A stretch of 58,765 bases of DNA from a virus (IMGVR_UViG_3300049828_000243:1-58765), one strand, 5' to 3'; positions 20,049-28,246 are shown, counted from the stretch's first letter. Program-made: numbers and translations. The notes: generated by a model from the sequence alone, not told the origin.

Positions 20049-20356
20049 AGGATTGAGTCCGTGATGTAGACGATGAGAGGGCCTTTCCAGCCAGTCGTCA
20101 CTTTATGCCAGTAGTCCTCTTTTTGTGCGTCCGTCATCTTGTGGCGCTGCCGACGGCGGACAAGGAACGCAATGGCAAGCGCTACGACGGCGTAAGCGCT
20201 ACGGATTGGCAGCTCGACAAGCTGCGACAGCATGTCAGTGCCTGCGGTGCGGTCGAGCGCGCCGAGCACGATCCATGACGCGACGGCGATGCCGACGACG
20301 ATAGGCAGCCACAGGAAATGCTCCTGCCAGCGGACCAGATATGCCTTGATGCCCAT
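20003..20356 (-). CDS. Holin (putative, about 3 TM)
   Basis: 117 aa with three hydrophobic segments and a basic loop; overlaps the endolysin start. Confidence 0.65.
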   Translation of the reverse strand: MGIKAYLVRWQEHFLWLPIVVGIAVASWIVLGALDRTAGTDMLSQLVELPIRSAYAVVALAIAFLVRRRQRHKMTDAQKEDYWHKVTTGWKGPLIVYITDSILWLATFLSLLAFFSR

Positions 20357-20385
20357 GACAATGTCCTCTGTTTGGTTGGATCAGG

Positions 20386-20865
20386 TTACCAGAGCCGGCA
20401 ACCGTTGGTAGCGGCGCGCAGATTGAGCGCTCCAGCGCCGAAGAACACGCCTGCGTACTTGGCATCGCCGGCGTGGCTGAAACCGTCCGGCGACTGCGCC
20501 GCGGCATCGCGCCACCAAGCGAGCCATAGGCCTTTAAACAGCAGCACGGCGACTGGGTTACGCATTGCGGCGTTTGTCTCGGCGCAGCCGGCGTTGCGCA
20601 TGGCGCCTGTGCTAATTGCGTCGGCGACGTTGCCCCACAGAAGCAGGCGGAACGCCTTGCGCTCGCCGTCGTCGTAACTCGGTTCGAACCATTTCTTACG
20701 CAGAATAGCCGTACGCTTCGGGTCCAAGTGTTGCTCGTTGACGATAGCGACACGCTTGTCGCTCCACACGATTACGTCGCCGTTGTCGTGATACTCGGCA
20801 GTGATCGGCTTACTGCTGGCGCACGCGCCCAACAGTAGGCATGCGAGCGTCGTACGAACCGTCAT
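20386..20865 (-). CDS. Lipoprotein of unknown function
   Basis: MTVRTTLACLLLGAC lipobox; ATGA-coupled to the upstream gene. Confidence 0.6.
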   Translation of the reverse strand: MTVRTTLACLLLGACASSKPITAEYHDNGDVIVWSDKRVAIVNEQHLDPKRTAILRKKWFEPSYDDGERKAFRLLLWGNVADAISTGAMRNAGCAETNAAMRNPVAVLLFKGLWLAWWRDAAAQSPDGFSHAGDAKYAGVFFGAGALNLRAATNGCRLW

Positions 20866-21650
20866 TCCAGTTCTCCTAGTGAACGGATCGAGCCGCCATC
20901 GTACAGCCACGATACCTCGCCGGCAGTTAGGCGCTTGCTGACAATGAGCAGCTCGTTGAACGTGTGCTGGATTGTGCCCGCGCCCATGAACGAGTAGAAC
21001 TCAACCCTGTGGTCCACGTCTCCTGCCACAGATGGCGCGAACGTATACGCAGACACGTCTATTGTCGCTTCAAGGTACGCGTCGATGTACACCTCGACGA
21101 CAGTCGGTGTTTTGACCACTGTGATGTAAGGCTGGATGCCGCCGTTGCCGATGGTTTTGCTGAACGTAGCCGCTACAGCGCCGGCTGCGTCGTACACGTT
21201 GATCGTTACCGCCCGCCCGATGAATGAAAGCGCTCCGCGGCTCGCAGTAGACAGTACCTCGATAAGCGGCGACACGGCGGTAGCGTCGCGGTAGTACCGC
21301 AGCGCCGGCTTATTGGTATAGCTAGTACTCGTACCTTGGCTACCTTCAACAGTCAACGAGAAAGACACGGCTACCTCGTCGGTGCCAAAATTGTCGACGC
21401 CGGGGGCGTACGGCCACGTGCCTTGGTACGCCGCGCACATGCCGTCTGCCGTCGCCGTCGCGCCGTTCGCGCTCGGTTCAAACGTGGCGCTGAACGGAAT
21501 TGGTCCGTCGTATTCAGACGGCCAGTTGCCGAACTCGTCCTGAACGTCGAAAGTCCACGTGCTTTGCGTGAAGTAGCGGATGGACTCGGCGTAGTCCGCC
21601 TCGCTGCGCGTCGCAACCGCGATGTCTACGCCGTGCCCAAGCCGCGACAT
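20862..21650 (-). CDS. Head-spike fibre-like protein with concanavalin A/LamG-like domain
   Basis: MSRLGHGVDI N-terminus; VYIDA...FNELLIVSKRLTAGEV..LY LamG-type C-terminus. Confidence 0.55.
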   Translation of the reverse strand: MSRLGHGVDIAVATRSEADYAESIRYFTQSTWTFDVQDEFGNWPSEYDGPIPFSATFEPSANGATATADGMCAAYQGTWPYAPGVDNFGTDEVAVSFSLTVEGSQGTSTSYTNKPALRYYRDATAVSPLIEVLSTASRGALSFIGRAVTINVYDAAGAVAATFSKTIGNGGIQPYITVVKTPTVVEVYIDAYLEATIDVSAYTFAPSVAGDVDHRVEFYSFMGAGTIQHTFNELLIVSKRLTAGEVSWLYDGGSIRSLGELE

Positions 21651-21651
21651 A

Positions 21652-21903
21652 TCAGCGGCTTCCGATGATCGCTGCCGAGGCGGTTGTTTCGTACACCATG
21701 TCGACGAGGAAAGGCACAGTGAACGCCGCTGGTGCGGTGAACGACACGTCGTTGCCACTCGCCGACCGGCACTCGATGAAGCCGCCGTCGATAGACGTGA
21801 CGTGGATCGGCGGATCGTAGACGGTAGTGTTGCTGGGGGTCAGGTTAAAGCCGTCGAGCGGCATCGACGTGATGGCCGAGCCGCTTGGGGAACGATTGGA
21901 CAT
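21652..21903 (-). CDS. Spike base protein-like (RcGTA Rcc01079-like)
   Basis: 83 aa; F-x-LTPSNTT...G..V.F....VP..V..VY.T pattern recalls the GTA spike base. Confidence 0.55.
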   Translation of the reverse strand: MSNRSPSGSAITSMPLDGFNLTPSNTTVYDPPIHVTSIDGGFIECRSASGNDVSFTAPAAFTVPFLVDMVYETTASAAIIGSR

Positions 21904-21909
21904 GGCGAT

Positions 21910-21958
21910 ATGCTCCGGGTTGGCCGGAGCATTATGACCAATCGCGAGCTGCGCGCAA
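21910..21958 (-). promoter_or_regulatory. Candidate promoter overlapping an RBS-sequestering hairpin
   Basis: TTGCGC-N16-CATAAT; 9-bp stem ATGCTCCGG/CCGGAGCAT contains the GGAG RBS of the gene starting at 21903. Confidence 0.5.
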
Positions 21959-21972
21959 CTTATAGCGCGCCG

Positions 21973-22233
21973 TCAACACTCGCACGCATCTACGTCAACT
22001 ACGGTGCTCACGGCTGTAACCGTAGTAGCGCCGGCGTTTGGTGAGACAGACACGCTCGCAGCGGCGCGGTTAACGACGACCGACGAAGCTGCACGGTTAA
22101 CGACTACTGCACCTGCAACAGTTACTGGCGCGACTGACAGTACAGGCGTAGTTACGTCGACGGAGTCGGCGCATCCTGACGCTGCGGACGCAGAGCTTAG
22201 CAGGCCGTCTGTCACGACCGCCAAGCTGTTCAT
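21973..22233 (-). CDS. Small Val/Ala/Ser-rich structural protein
   Basis: 86 aa, coupled to the upstream gene, internal VVVNRAA duplication. Confidence 0.55.
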   Translation of the reverse strand: MNSLAVVTDGLLSSASAASGCADSVDVTTPVLSVAPVTVAGAVVVNRAASSVVVNRAAASVSVSPNAGATTVTAVSTVVDVDACEC

Positions 22234-23309
22234 GGCGCGCGAGTCACTGTGCTGCTGGTCACTCCGTTCCCAGTGACCGCCAAGTCTATCTCGGGTGAGC
22301 CGCTGTCGCCGACGTAGATACGGCTAGCCGTGGCAGTCAGCGGCGCAGTAGCGTCGAGCCCGGCGCGCTGCCACAGCTCGCGAAGCATAGCTACTTGGTC
22401 TGGCGACAATCCGCCTGCGCCGGCCGTGTTAAGCAGCTCGCCCATTGTACCGGCGTCTGCAAACGCTGACGCCAACGCGCCCCATACCGCCTGAGCGACG
22501 TTACTTGTGTCGAGCACGTCGCCACTTGAGCTGATGTCTGCATTGAGCGCGCCTTTTGCCGTTGCTGCGGCCGTGACTGCGCCGCTGGCAGTGATCGCCG
22601 CGACGATGTTGCCGAGCGATACAAGTGACGCGGACACTGCGCCCGATCCGGTCAACCCGGCCTGCATCGGCCAAGTCGCGAGCATGTCGCCGGATGCGCC
22701 GCCACCGCCAGTCAGATCGGCCGTGATTGCCCCGAGTGCGCTGACCGCGCCAATGAGGTCGCCACTGCCAGCAAGCCCTGCGGCGGCTTCAAGCGCGCCC
22801 GCAAGTGACGCCGCGAGGTCTCCGTTGGCGGCAATCGTAGCCGCGATGTCCACGACCGCGTTCAGCGTGCCAGACACGTTGGCGCTGCCGGTCAGTCCGG
22901 CGACCGCTTCGAGTTTTCCGGTGATACCGGCGGTGATCGTGCCGGCGCCTGCGAGCGCAGCAGTCGCGACGATGATCCACGCAATTGCCGCCGTGCTGAT
23001 GCCGCCACTACCGGTCAAGTCGGCTTCGGCGTTGAGACCGCCAGCAAGGTTTCCGTACGTAACGTCGCCTGTGCCGTATGTCGACGTGTACGTCGCCATG
23101 CCTCCGGGCTTGGTCGGCAGTATCCACGCGCTCGGGTGCAAGTGCCCGTTCGGAATCGCCGACGTTGCCGAAACGCTCGCTTCGCCAGCGTAGAAGTTGC
23201 GCAGCGCGCCGGACAGCAGCCAGCGCGCGCGCTCTTGGCTACCCGCGCTAGCGCCACCCATGGTCCGCATGGGCTGGCCTCCGAACCGCATGCCGTTGCC
23301 GACGAGCAT
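22230..23309 (-). CDS. Gly/Ala-rich repeat virion fibre protein
   Basis: Repeated A-x-LTGSG / LAGAG units at about 20-aa periodicity. Confidence 0.65.
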   Translation of the reverse strand: MLVGNGMRFGGQPMRTMGGASAGSQERARWLLSGALRNFYAGEASVSATSAIPNGHLHPSAWILPTKPGGMATYTSTYGTGDVTYGNLAGGLNAEADLTGSGGISTAAIAWIIVATAALAGAGTITAGITGKLEAVAGLTGSANVSGTLNAVVDIAATIAANGDLAASLAGALEAAAGLAGSGDLIGAVSALGAITADLTGGGGASGDMLATWPMQAGLTGSGAVSASLVSLGNIVAAITASGAVTAAATAKGALNADISSSGDVLDTSNVAQAVWGALASAFADAGTMGELLNTAGAGGLSPDQVAMLRELWQRAGLDATAPLTATASRIYVGDSGSPEIDLAVTGNGVTSSTVTRAP

Positions 23310-23312
23310 GGA

Positions 23313-24479
23313 TTAACTCCCGCCCCACCCGAAGTCGAGCGCAGCGTTGAACGGGCTGGCCGTGGTCGTCGCGCCAGTGCCGAACAGCATCCACGCAAGG
23401 CACGCGCCATCCTGTACACGCGGCAGGCTCGGAAGCTGATTCAGCAGATCGCGTTCCGACCACATGCCGGTGACTGGCAACGAAATGTCGAGCAGCGGGC
23501 GGGCAATGCAGAGCGCCACGACACCTGAGCCGGTGTACGCCGTGCCGCCCGACCAAGTGAACGACTCGATGCTTTTGATGCCCGTGTCGCCACCTTGCTT
23601 CGGCAGGAACGGGCCATATCGTCCAGCCGCGTTGCCAGAGTGCAGGATGCGTGTCGCATAAGCATCAGCCGCTGCGCCCATCGTCACTGAACCTTGGAAC
23701 GCACGCCCTGCCGTACCTGCCGTGTTCGTGTAGCTGCTCGCGCTCAGTGTCGGGCCGCCGGCAGTCGGTGCAGTCTGCGCAACGAAGAATGCCTCGCACC
23801 CGACGCCATCCTGATAGCGCGGCATCTGCATCGTCATCGTATGCGTGCCGGTGCCAGCGTCTGTGTACGCGATGACCGTTCCTGCGATGGCGTTGTCGAG
23901 GCTGGTCGCGACGCGTGCAGTCGTGGCGCTGACGCGCACCAGCCAGTAGTCCGTCGCGAGACTGAGCCCTGTCGGCAGCGTCGTCGTCGTCGTGAATCGC
24001 ACCTTGCTGTAGGTGTTGAAGTCGTTGGTGAACGTCAGCAGCAGTCCGGACGAACTCGACGCGGTGAACGTGTTGCTGTTGATCAGCGTGCGTGATCCGG
24101 TTCCGGTGACGTTTGTCGTCGCCATGCGGTAGTAGCCCTGCAGGTCGACCAGCTTTGCCTGCCAAGGCGCGCCGGCTGCGGCCACCATGATCGCGCCGAC
24201 GTTGAGGATGTGCTTCGTCGCTGGACTCACGTTCCCGCCGTGCTGAATGCCGAGCAGCGTCGCGCTCGCGGCGTCGCCGCCAAGCTCAGAGCACGACTGG
24301 AACACCAAGTCCTGCGCGCTCGGGTACGTCGTCGCGTTCGGGTTGCCGTTCAATCCGGCGAGGCTGTGCCATCCGCCTGCCGTGTGCACCGGGCTTGTCA
24401 GCTTCGCGTGGTCGCGGCGCAGATACTTGCCGTTGCTGCTGATCTGGTTGATCAGGTCGTCTTGCGATGTCCAGCCCAT
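23313..24479 (-). CDS. Virion structural protein, paralog A
   Basis: 388 aa, colinear similarity to 24481-25338, with an extra internal insertion. Confidence 0.7.
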   Translation of the reverse strand: MGWTSQDDLINQISSNGKYLRRDHAKLTSPVHTAGGWHSLAGLNGNPNATTYPSAQDLVFQSCSELGGDAASATLLGIQHGGNVSPATKHILNVGAIMVAAAGAPWQAKLVDLQGYYRMATTNVTGTGSRTLINSNTFTASSSSGLLLTFTNDFNTYSKVRFTTTTTLPTGLSLATDYWLVRVSATTARVATSLDNAIAGTVIAYTDAGTGTHTMTMQMPRYQDGVGCEAFFVAQTAPTAGGPTLSASSYTNTAGTAGRAFQGSVTMGAAADAYATRILHSGNAAGRYGPFLPKQGGDTGIKSIESFTWSGGTAYTGSGVVALCIARPLLDISLPVTGMWSERDLLNQLPSLPRVQDGACLAWMLFGTGATTTASPFNAALDFGWGGS

Positions 24480-24480
24480 A

Positions 24481-25338
24481 TCATGTACTCCACGCGAATT
24501 TTAAGTGTCCGGCGAGCTGCCCGGCGGCGACGGTCGCTGCGCAGTTCATTATGAAACCGAGGTACGCGCCGTCGTAGATGCGCGGTGCCCCGACTCGTTG
24601 GTTGACGTAGCTCACTTCGCAAGCCGTGTTGATCTCGCGGATCACAGACTGCGCAATTGGCTTGGCGAGCACTAGCGCGAGCAGTCCTCCGTTGGGCACG
24701 GAAAAGGTAACGCTAACAATGCTGCGGACGCCGCGGTCTCCGTTGGCAAGCGCGAGGAAAGGCCCGGGCGCTGCGTTCGCCACTGCCGGCTGACTGGTCA
24801 CGATGCTGGCGATGTTTGCCGCTGTCGTCGAGCAGCCCTGCACGGGTGACGTGCGCTCGATTCCGTCTTGGTTGATGTAGTTGAACGTGAACGTGCCGCT
24901 GCCCGTAGTCGGCGCCACCGCGACAGCCATTACCATGACGCCCTCGCCATCATCGTAACGAGGCAGCGAAACGGTGTTGTCCATCGCCTGTACGTCGGTG
25001 TCGTCGCCGTCTATGAACGGGTAGTACAGCAAGTAGTCCAGCAGTGTGTAAGCGCCGACCAATCCGGCCGTAGGCGTAACGAGCCCCCATTCTGTCAGGT
25101 GCATCGACGCAGGCGCCTTGTCGGCGCCGTGGAATACACCGCGGTTGCCGTCGAGCACCGCAGCCGTAGCGGGGCTCGTGGCGTAGTAGTTCGGCAACGG
25201 ATTGCCCGCCGCCATGCTCAGGTCAATCCACCAGTTTGCGACGCTGGCTTGGCCCGGCACCTTTCGAAACGCGCAGAAATGGGTCCGCCCGTCGTCGAAC
25301 GCGGCAGCGTACTCGCGTACGGAACGGAACCCGGCCAT
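24481..25338 (-). CDS. Virion structural protein, paralog B
   Basis: Start MAGFRS (TGATG overlap); shares PRYxDG, GPFL...GD.G..SI and PR..DGA.L with paralog A. Confidence 0.7.
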   Translation of the reverse strand: MAGFRSVREYAAAFDDGRTHFCAFRKVPGQASVANWWIDLSMAAGNPLPNYYATSPATAAVLDGNRGVFHGADKAPASMHLTEWGLVTPTAGLVGAYTLLDYLLYYPFIDGDDTDVQAMDNTVSLPRYDDGEGVMVMAVAVAPTTGSGTFTFNYINQDGIERTSPVQGCSTTAANIASIVTSQPAVANAAPGPFLALANGDRGVRSIVSVTFSVPNGGLLALVLAKPIAQSVIREINTACEVSYVNQRVGAPRIYDGAYLGFIMNCAATVAAGQLAGHLKFAWST

Positions 25339-25499
25339 CAGCGCGTACTCACACGGCCCGACGCGGTCACATGCGCGGACATGTCGACGACGACTCCGGC
25401 GCCGTCGTGCCCGCATGCACGAGCGATTTCGCGGTCCGGCGACACGATCACTACGACGCCGCACTCTGTGCACCGATAAACAGGAGCCTCGGCGCCCAT
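25338..25499 (-). CDS. Small zinc-ribbon protein
   Basis: 53 aa MGAEAPVYRCTECG...ACGH, coupled on both sides. Confidence 0.55.
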   Translation of the reverse strand: MGAEAPVYRCTECGVVVIVSPDREIARACGHDGAGVVVDMSAHVTASGRVSTR

Positions 25500-25501
25500 G
25501 C

Positions 25502-25933
25502 TCAGGTCTCCGTCGCCGTCAGCGCACCAATCGAAAACTGTGGCTGGATCAAGTTGGCGACCGCGAGGCTCGAATTGAGTGCGCCGGCGTAGAGCACCTT
25601 GCCTGCGCCGCTCGCCGCCGTTCCGATAGCAACGTGCGTAATCGTCGCGCCGGTCACGCCGCACTGCGCAAACTGCGCCAAGGCGGCGTTGCTCGCAGCG
25701 CCTGCGGCAACGGTCCAACCGCCTGCCGTGCGGGCGACTGCGATGCGCGCGTAGTTGGTGTAGCTCGTTTCGTTTGTGAGCTGCGAGCCGCCGATGCCCG
25801 GGTCTGCAGTGTGCAGGGACAGGTACAGGCTGGTCGCCGGAGAACTCGAGTCGTTTTCAGCGATGTCAGCGATGGCGACTGCGTTGAAGACCAGCAACAT
25901 CAGGTCGTTCGCGAAGGTGGTTGATTTTGGCAT
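25502..25933 (-). CDS. Small virion structural protein (fibre adaptor-like)
   Basis: LYLSLHTADPG...E..YTNYAR...ITHVAI..GKVLY motif; GGAG RBS. Confidence 0.7.
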   Translation of the reverse strand: MPKSTTFANDLMLLVFNAVAIADIAENDSSSPATSLYLSLHTADPGIGGSQLTNETSYTNYARIAVARTAGGWTVAAGAASNAALAQFAQCGVTGATITHVAIGTAASGAGKVLYAGALNSSLAVANLIQPQFSIGALTATET

Positions 25934-25958
25934 GGCGGTGGCTCCGATTGTCCGCGCA

Positions 25959-25986
25959 AACATACAGCATAGCTGCGATTTTTCAA
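25959..25986 (-). promoter_or_regulatory. Candidate sigma70-like promoter
   Basis: TTGAAA-N16-TATGTT in the short intergenic gap. Confidence 0.35.
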
Positions 25987-25997
25987 GCAACGCAGCG

Positions 25998-26858
25998 TTA
26001 TTTGCGGCGCCCCATCAGGTAAGCAGGCACGAACGGCGTCACTTCGACTGGGGCATCCGGCTGCGGCGGGTTGGTGACGCTGTTGTCGGTGTCGGTGCTG
26101 TTGTCGTTGTAGCTGTCGTTCGGCGAACTCATGCGATTACCGGTGCCGATCTGCGAATTGGCAATAGACACATCGATCTCGGTGGTCGTGGTGGTCGTGG
26201 TAGTCGTCTCGGTGTCGGTGGTCGTGAAATTACCGCCGATGTAGTCGCCGCCGATGTTGTACGTCGGGATCGGCGCTGCCTGTGGAGGCGGAGGCATCGT
26301 GATCGCGTTTGATAGGGCCTGCACAGTCGCAGTCTCGCGGTTTGCGCTGATGCCGGCGACGGCGACAGTAGTCGCATTGTCGGACTTGCGCATCTTGTAA
26401 GAGGCGAACGCGCCGATTGCCGGGTTCACGAGACCGGACACCGCCCCAACTCCGGTGGCGAATTGCTCAACCGGAGTTGGGGGGCGCTGGTAGGCGGGCA
26501 TCACAGGGGCTTGGGCGGCACCGTTGGAGTTTGAGGTGGCATTGCCCGCCAATTTCAACGCAACTGCGCCAAGGAAACAGACTGCGCGATCCGCATCATT
26601 TGTCGGTGCCGCGCATTTGTCAAGCGTCTTCTGGTCGTTGAGCGCATGCTGAGCTTCTAGTTCGCGCTGCTGGACGTGGTTGCGCTCCTGTTGGCGTTCG
26701 ATGCTCTGCGTAAGCGTGGTGAGATTCGGATCGACCGGCATGGTCTTGCAACCGGTTAGGCTGACGATCAGCGCGAGCAGCAGCAGCGCGAGCACGACGG
26801 CCAGCGTAGTGCGGAAAATGTCTTCGATGGGTCCGATCTTGCGGTCTTCGTCGATCAC
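25998..26858 (-). CDS. Lipoprotein with poly-Thr tract
   Basis: GTG start overlapping the upstream stop; signal peptide ending LTGC; low-complexity Thr/Asn/Pro C-terminus. Confidence 0.7.
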   Translation of the reverse strand: MIDEDRKIGPIEDIFRTTLAVVLALLLLALIVSLTGCKTMPVDPNLTTLTQSIERQQERNHVQQRELEAQHALNDQKTLDKCAAPTNDADRAVCFLGAVALKLAGNATSNSNGAAQAPVMPAYQRPPTPVEQFATGVGAVSGLVNPAIGAFASYKMRKSDNATTVAVAGISANRETATVQALSNAITMPPPPQAAPIPTYNIGGDYIGGNFTTTDTETTTTTTTTTEIDVSIANSQIGTGNRMSSPNDSYNDNSTDTDNSVTNPPQPDAPVEVTPFVPAYLMGRRK

Positions 26859-27232
26859 GGCCGGGTTACTCCGTAGTAGGCGTACACACAACCCTGAATT
26901 TTGCGCTCAACAACGTCCGGGTTGGGCGACGTGTTGGTGAGGAGAATGTCGTAGTACCAGATTTCGTGGTCCGGATCGACTTCAATGTCGGTCGACGTCG
27001 CTGGCAAGGTACCTACGATGTTGCTTGTGCTGCTTCCTAGCGTGATTGTAGACGCGGCGGTGCTTAACGTTAGCACCGGAGTCTCGTCGTCTTTTTCACG
27101 GCGCACGTGCATCAACGCCGTGTAGCCTGTCAGGTCGACAGGGTCGCCATTTGCGTCGTTCAACGTCACTGAGAACGTGAACGTGCAGTTCGGGTAGAAC
27201 AGATGGTTGACTGTTGCAGCAGCAGAAGTCAT
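26855..27232 (-). CDS. Virion Ig-like/adaptor protein
   Basis: PVDLTGYTA.M.VR...YYDI.L pattern common in phage structural beta-sandwich proteins. Confidence 0.65.
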   Translation of the reverse strand: MTSAAATVNHLFYPNCTFTFSVTLNDANGDPVDLTGYTALMHVRREKDDETPVLTLSTAASTITLGSSTSNIVGTLPATSTDIEVDPDHEIWYYDILLTNTSPNPDVVERKIQGCVYAYYGVTRP

Positions 27233-27465
27233 TGGTCTTTGCTCTTCAAAGGCGTGAAAGTGCCCGTCGGGCCATCAAAGGGTATCGCGTCCCAGTAACG
27301 CCGTCCATTGATCGTGCGGACAGCCACTTTTCCTTCTTTCTGCAGCGCTTCAAGCGCTTCGCGCACGCTTGCGACGTCGTAGTAGCGCACATCACGGTTC
27401 AACTCTGACTCTGTGCTCTCTCCGTTCTCGACCAGTGCTTGTTGGATCAGCTCTTTCAGGTTCAT
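27229..27465 (-). CDS. Winged helix-turn-helix DNA-binding protein
   Basis: 78 aa from ATG 27465: three helices, then L..LQKEGKV and a beta-hairpin wing ending RYW. Confidence 0.65.
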   Translation of the reverse strand: MNLKELIQQALVENGESTESELNRDVRYYDVASVREALEALQKEGKVAVRTINGRRYWDAIPFDGPTGTFTPLKSKDQ

Positions 27466-27469
27466 TTTT

Positions 27470-27769
27470 GAGTCCCTTCGGGGAGTGGTCGGAGTCCCAA
27501 GGGTGCCGTGTGCTGAATTTTTTGTCGAGAGCAATTTAGGAGTCCCGTTGCTTGGAATTTGAGAAATTTCTGGCTGAGAAATTTTGGTACCAAGGTGTGT
27601 AGAGGACAAGAAACTTAGAGACCAAGAGGCTAAGAAATTTTGAGACCAAGAGGCTGAGTGGTCTAAAGGGAGGTTCTACGCTGGTTGGATGCTCGGTTCT
27701 ACCCCTACCTCGCCGCTTACCCCCCTCCCACTTCGGATTCACCCTCGTAGAACAAAGCGTCGGAGTCCC
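27470..27769. promoter_or_regulatory. Four (G)GAGTCCC boxes in the divergent control region
   Basis: Copies at 27470, 27491, 27539 and 27762; the first overlaps the RBS of the wHTH gene. Confidence 0.55.
27608..27655. repeat. 24-bp imperfect tandem repeat x2 (with degenerate upstream copies)
   Basis: AAGAAACTTAGAGACCAAGAGGCT / AAGAAATTTTGAGACCAAGAGGCT. Confidence 0.85.
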
Positions 27770-27802
27770 ATACCCCGGGTGCTTCCCAAACTCTAAAGCT
27801 TG

Positions 27803-27855
27803 CTCACTTCGTTCGCTGTGTGGATTTGTCGGTGTGCATCATCCCGATGCTCTCA
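27803..27855 (+). promoter_or_regulatory. Early 34-bp motif copy 1 plus GCATC-atccc-GATGC hairpin
   Basis: CTCACTTCGTTCGCTGTGTGGATTTGTCGGTGTG, ungapped match to copies 2 and 3. Confidence 0.65.
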
Positions 27856-27872
27856 CACATACGAGGTGTACC

Positions 27873-27968
27873 GTGACGACTTACGACGAACTGCAACGCT
27901 TCCTGCTCTCGCATGACCTTGACCTTGTCTTCGAAGTTGTTCAGATCATGGAGGCTGACTATGAGTAA
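27873..27968 (+). CDS. Small acidic early protein (31 aa; not in the ORF track)
   Basis: GAGGT RBS, GTG start, MTTYDELQRFLLSHDLDLVFEVVQIMEADYE, overlaps the next ATG. Confidence 0.55.
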   Translation: MTTYDELQRFLLSHDLDLVFEVVQIMEADYE

Positions 27969-28239
27969 GCCCACTCTGCAAGTACAGGTCGACATGCTCA
28001 AGGCACAGGTCGCTGCTCTCGAAATGCGTGTACGTGATCTCACCGCACTGGAGAAGCGCATCGCTCGAATCGAGCAACCCGGTCTTCCCGGTCTCGGCGA
28101 ATACACCGGCAAGGTCGACTACCGCGCTCAGATGTCCATCCGCGCCAAGCTCGTGCAACGCTTCCTCGCTGCGCACCCGCAACGTCGTGCTCTGCCCACC
28201 AAGCAAGAACTCGAAGACTTCGCTGCGTCGCTTGCCTGA
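27961..28239 (+). CDS. Early coiled-coil protein
   Basis: GGAGG RBS before ATG 27961; heptad N-terminus; strong codon bias. Confidence 0.75.
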   Translation: MSKPTLQVQVDMLKAQVAALEMRVRDLTALEKRIARIEQPGLPGLGEYTGKVDYRAQMSIRAKLVQRFLAAHPQRRALPTKQELEDFAASLA

Positions 28240-28246
28240 CTACGAT

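Noticed and set aside
27229-27465. Z-alpha domain resemblance of the wHTH protein
   Set aside because: Shares only generic wHTH features and a terminal Trp; the Asn and Tyr of the Z-DNA recognition helix are absent
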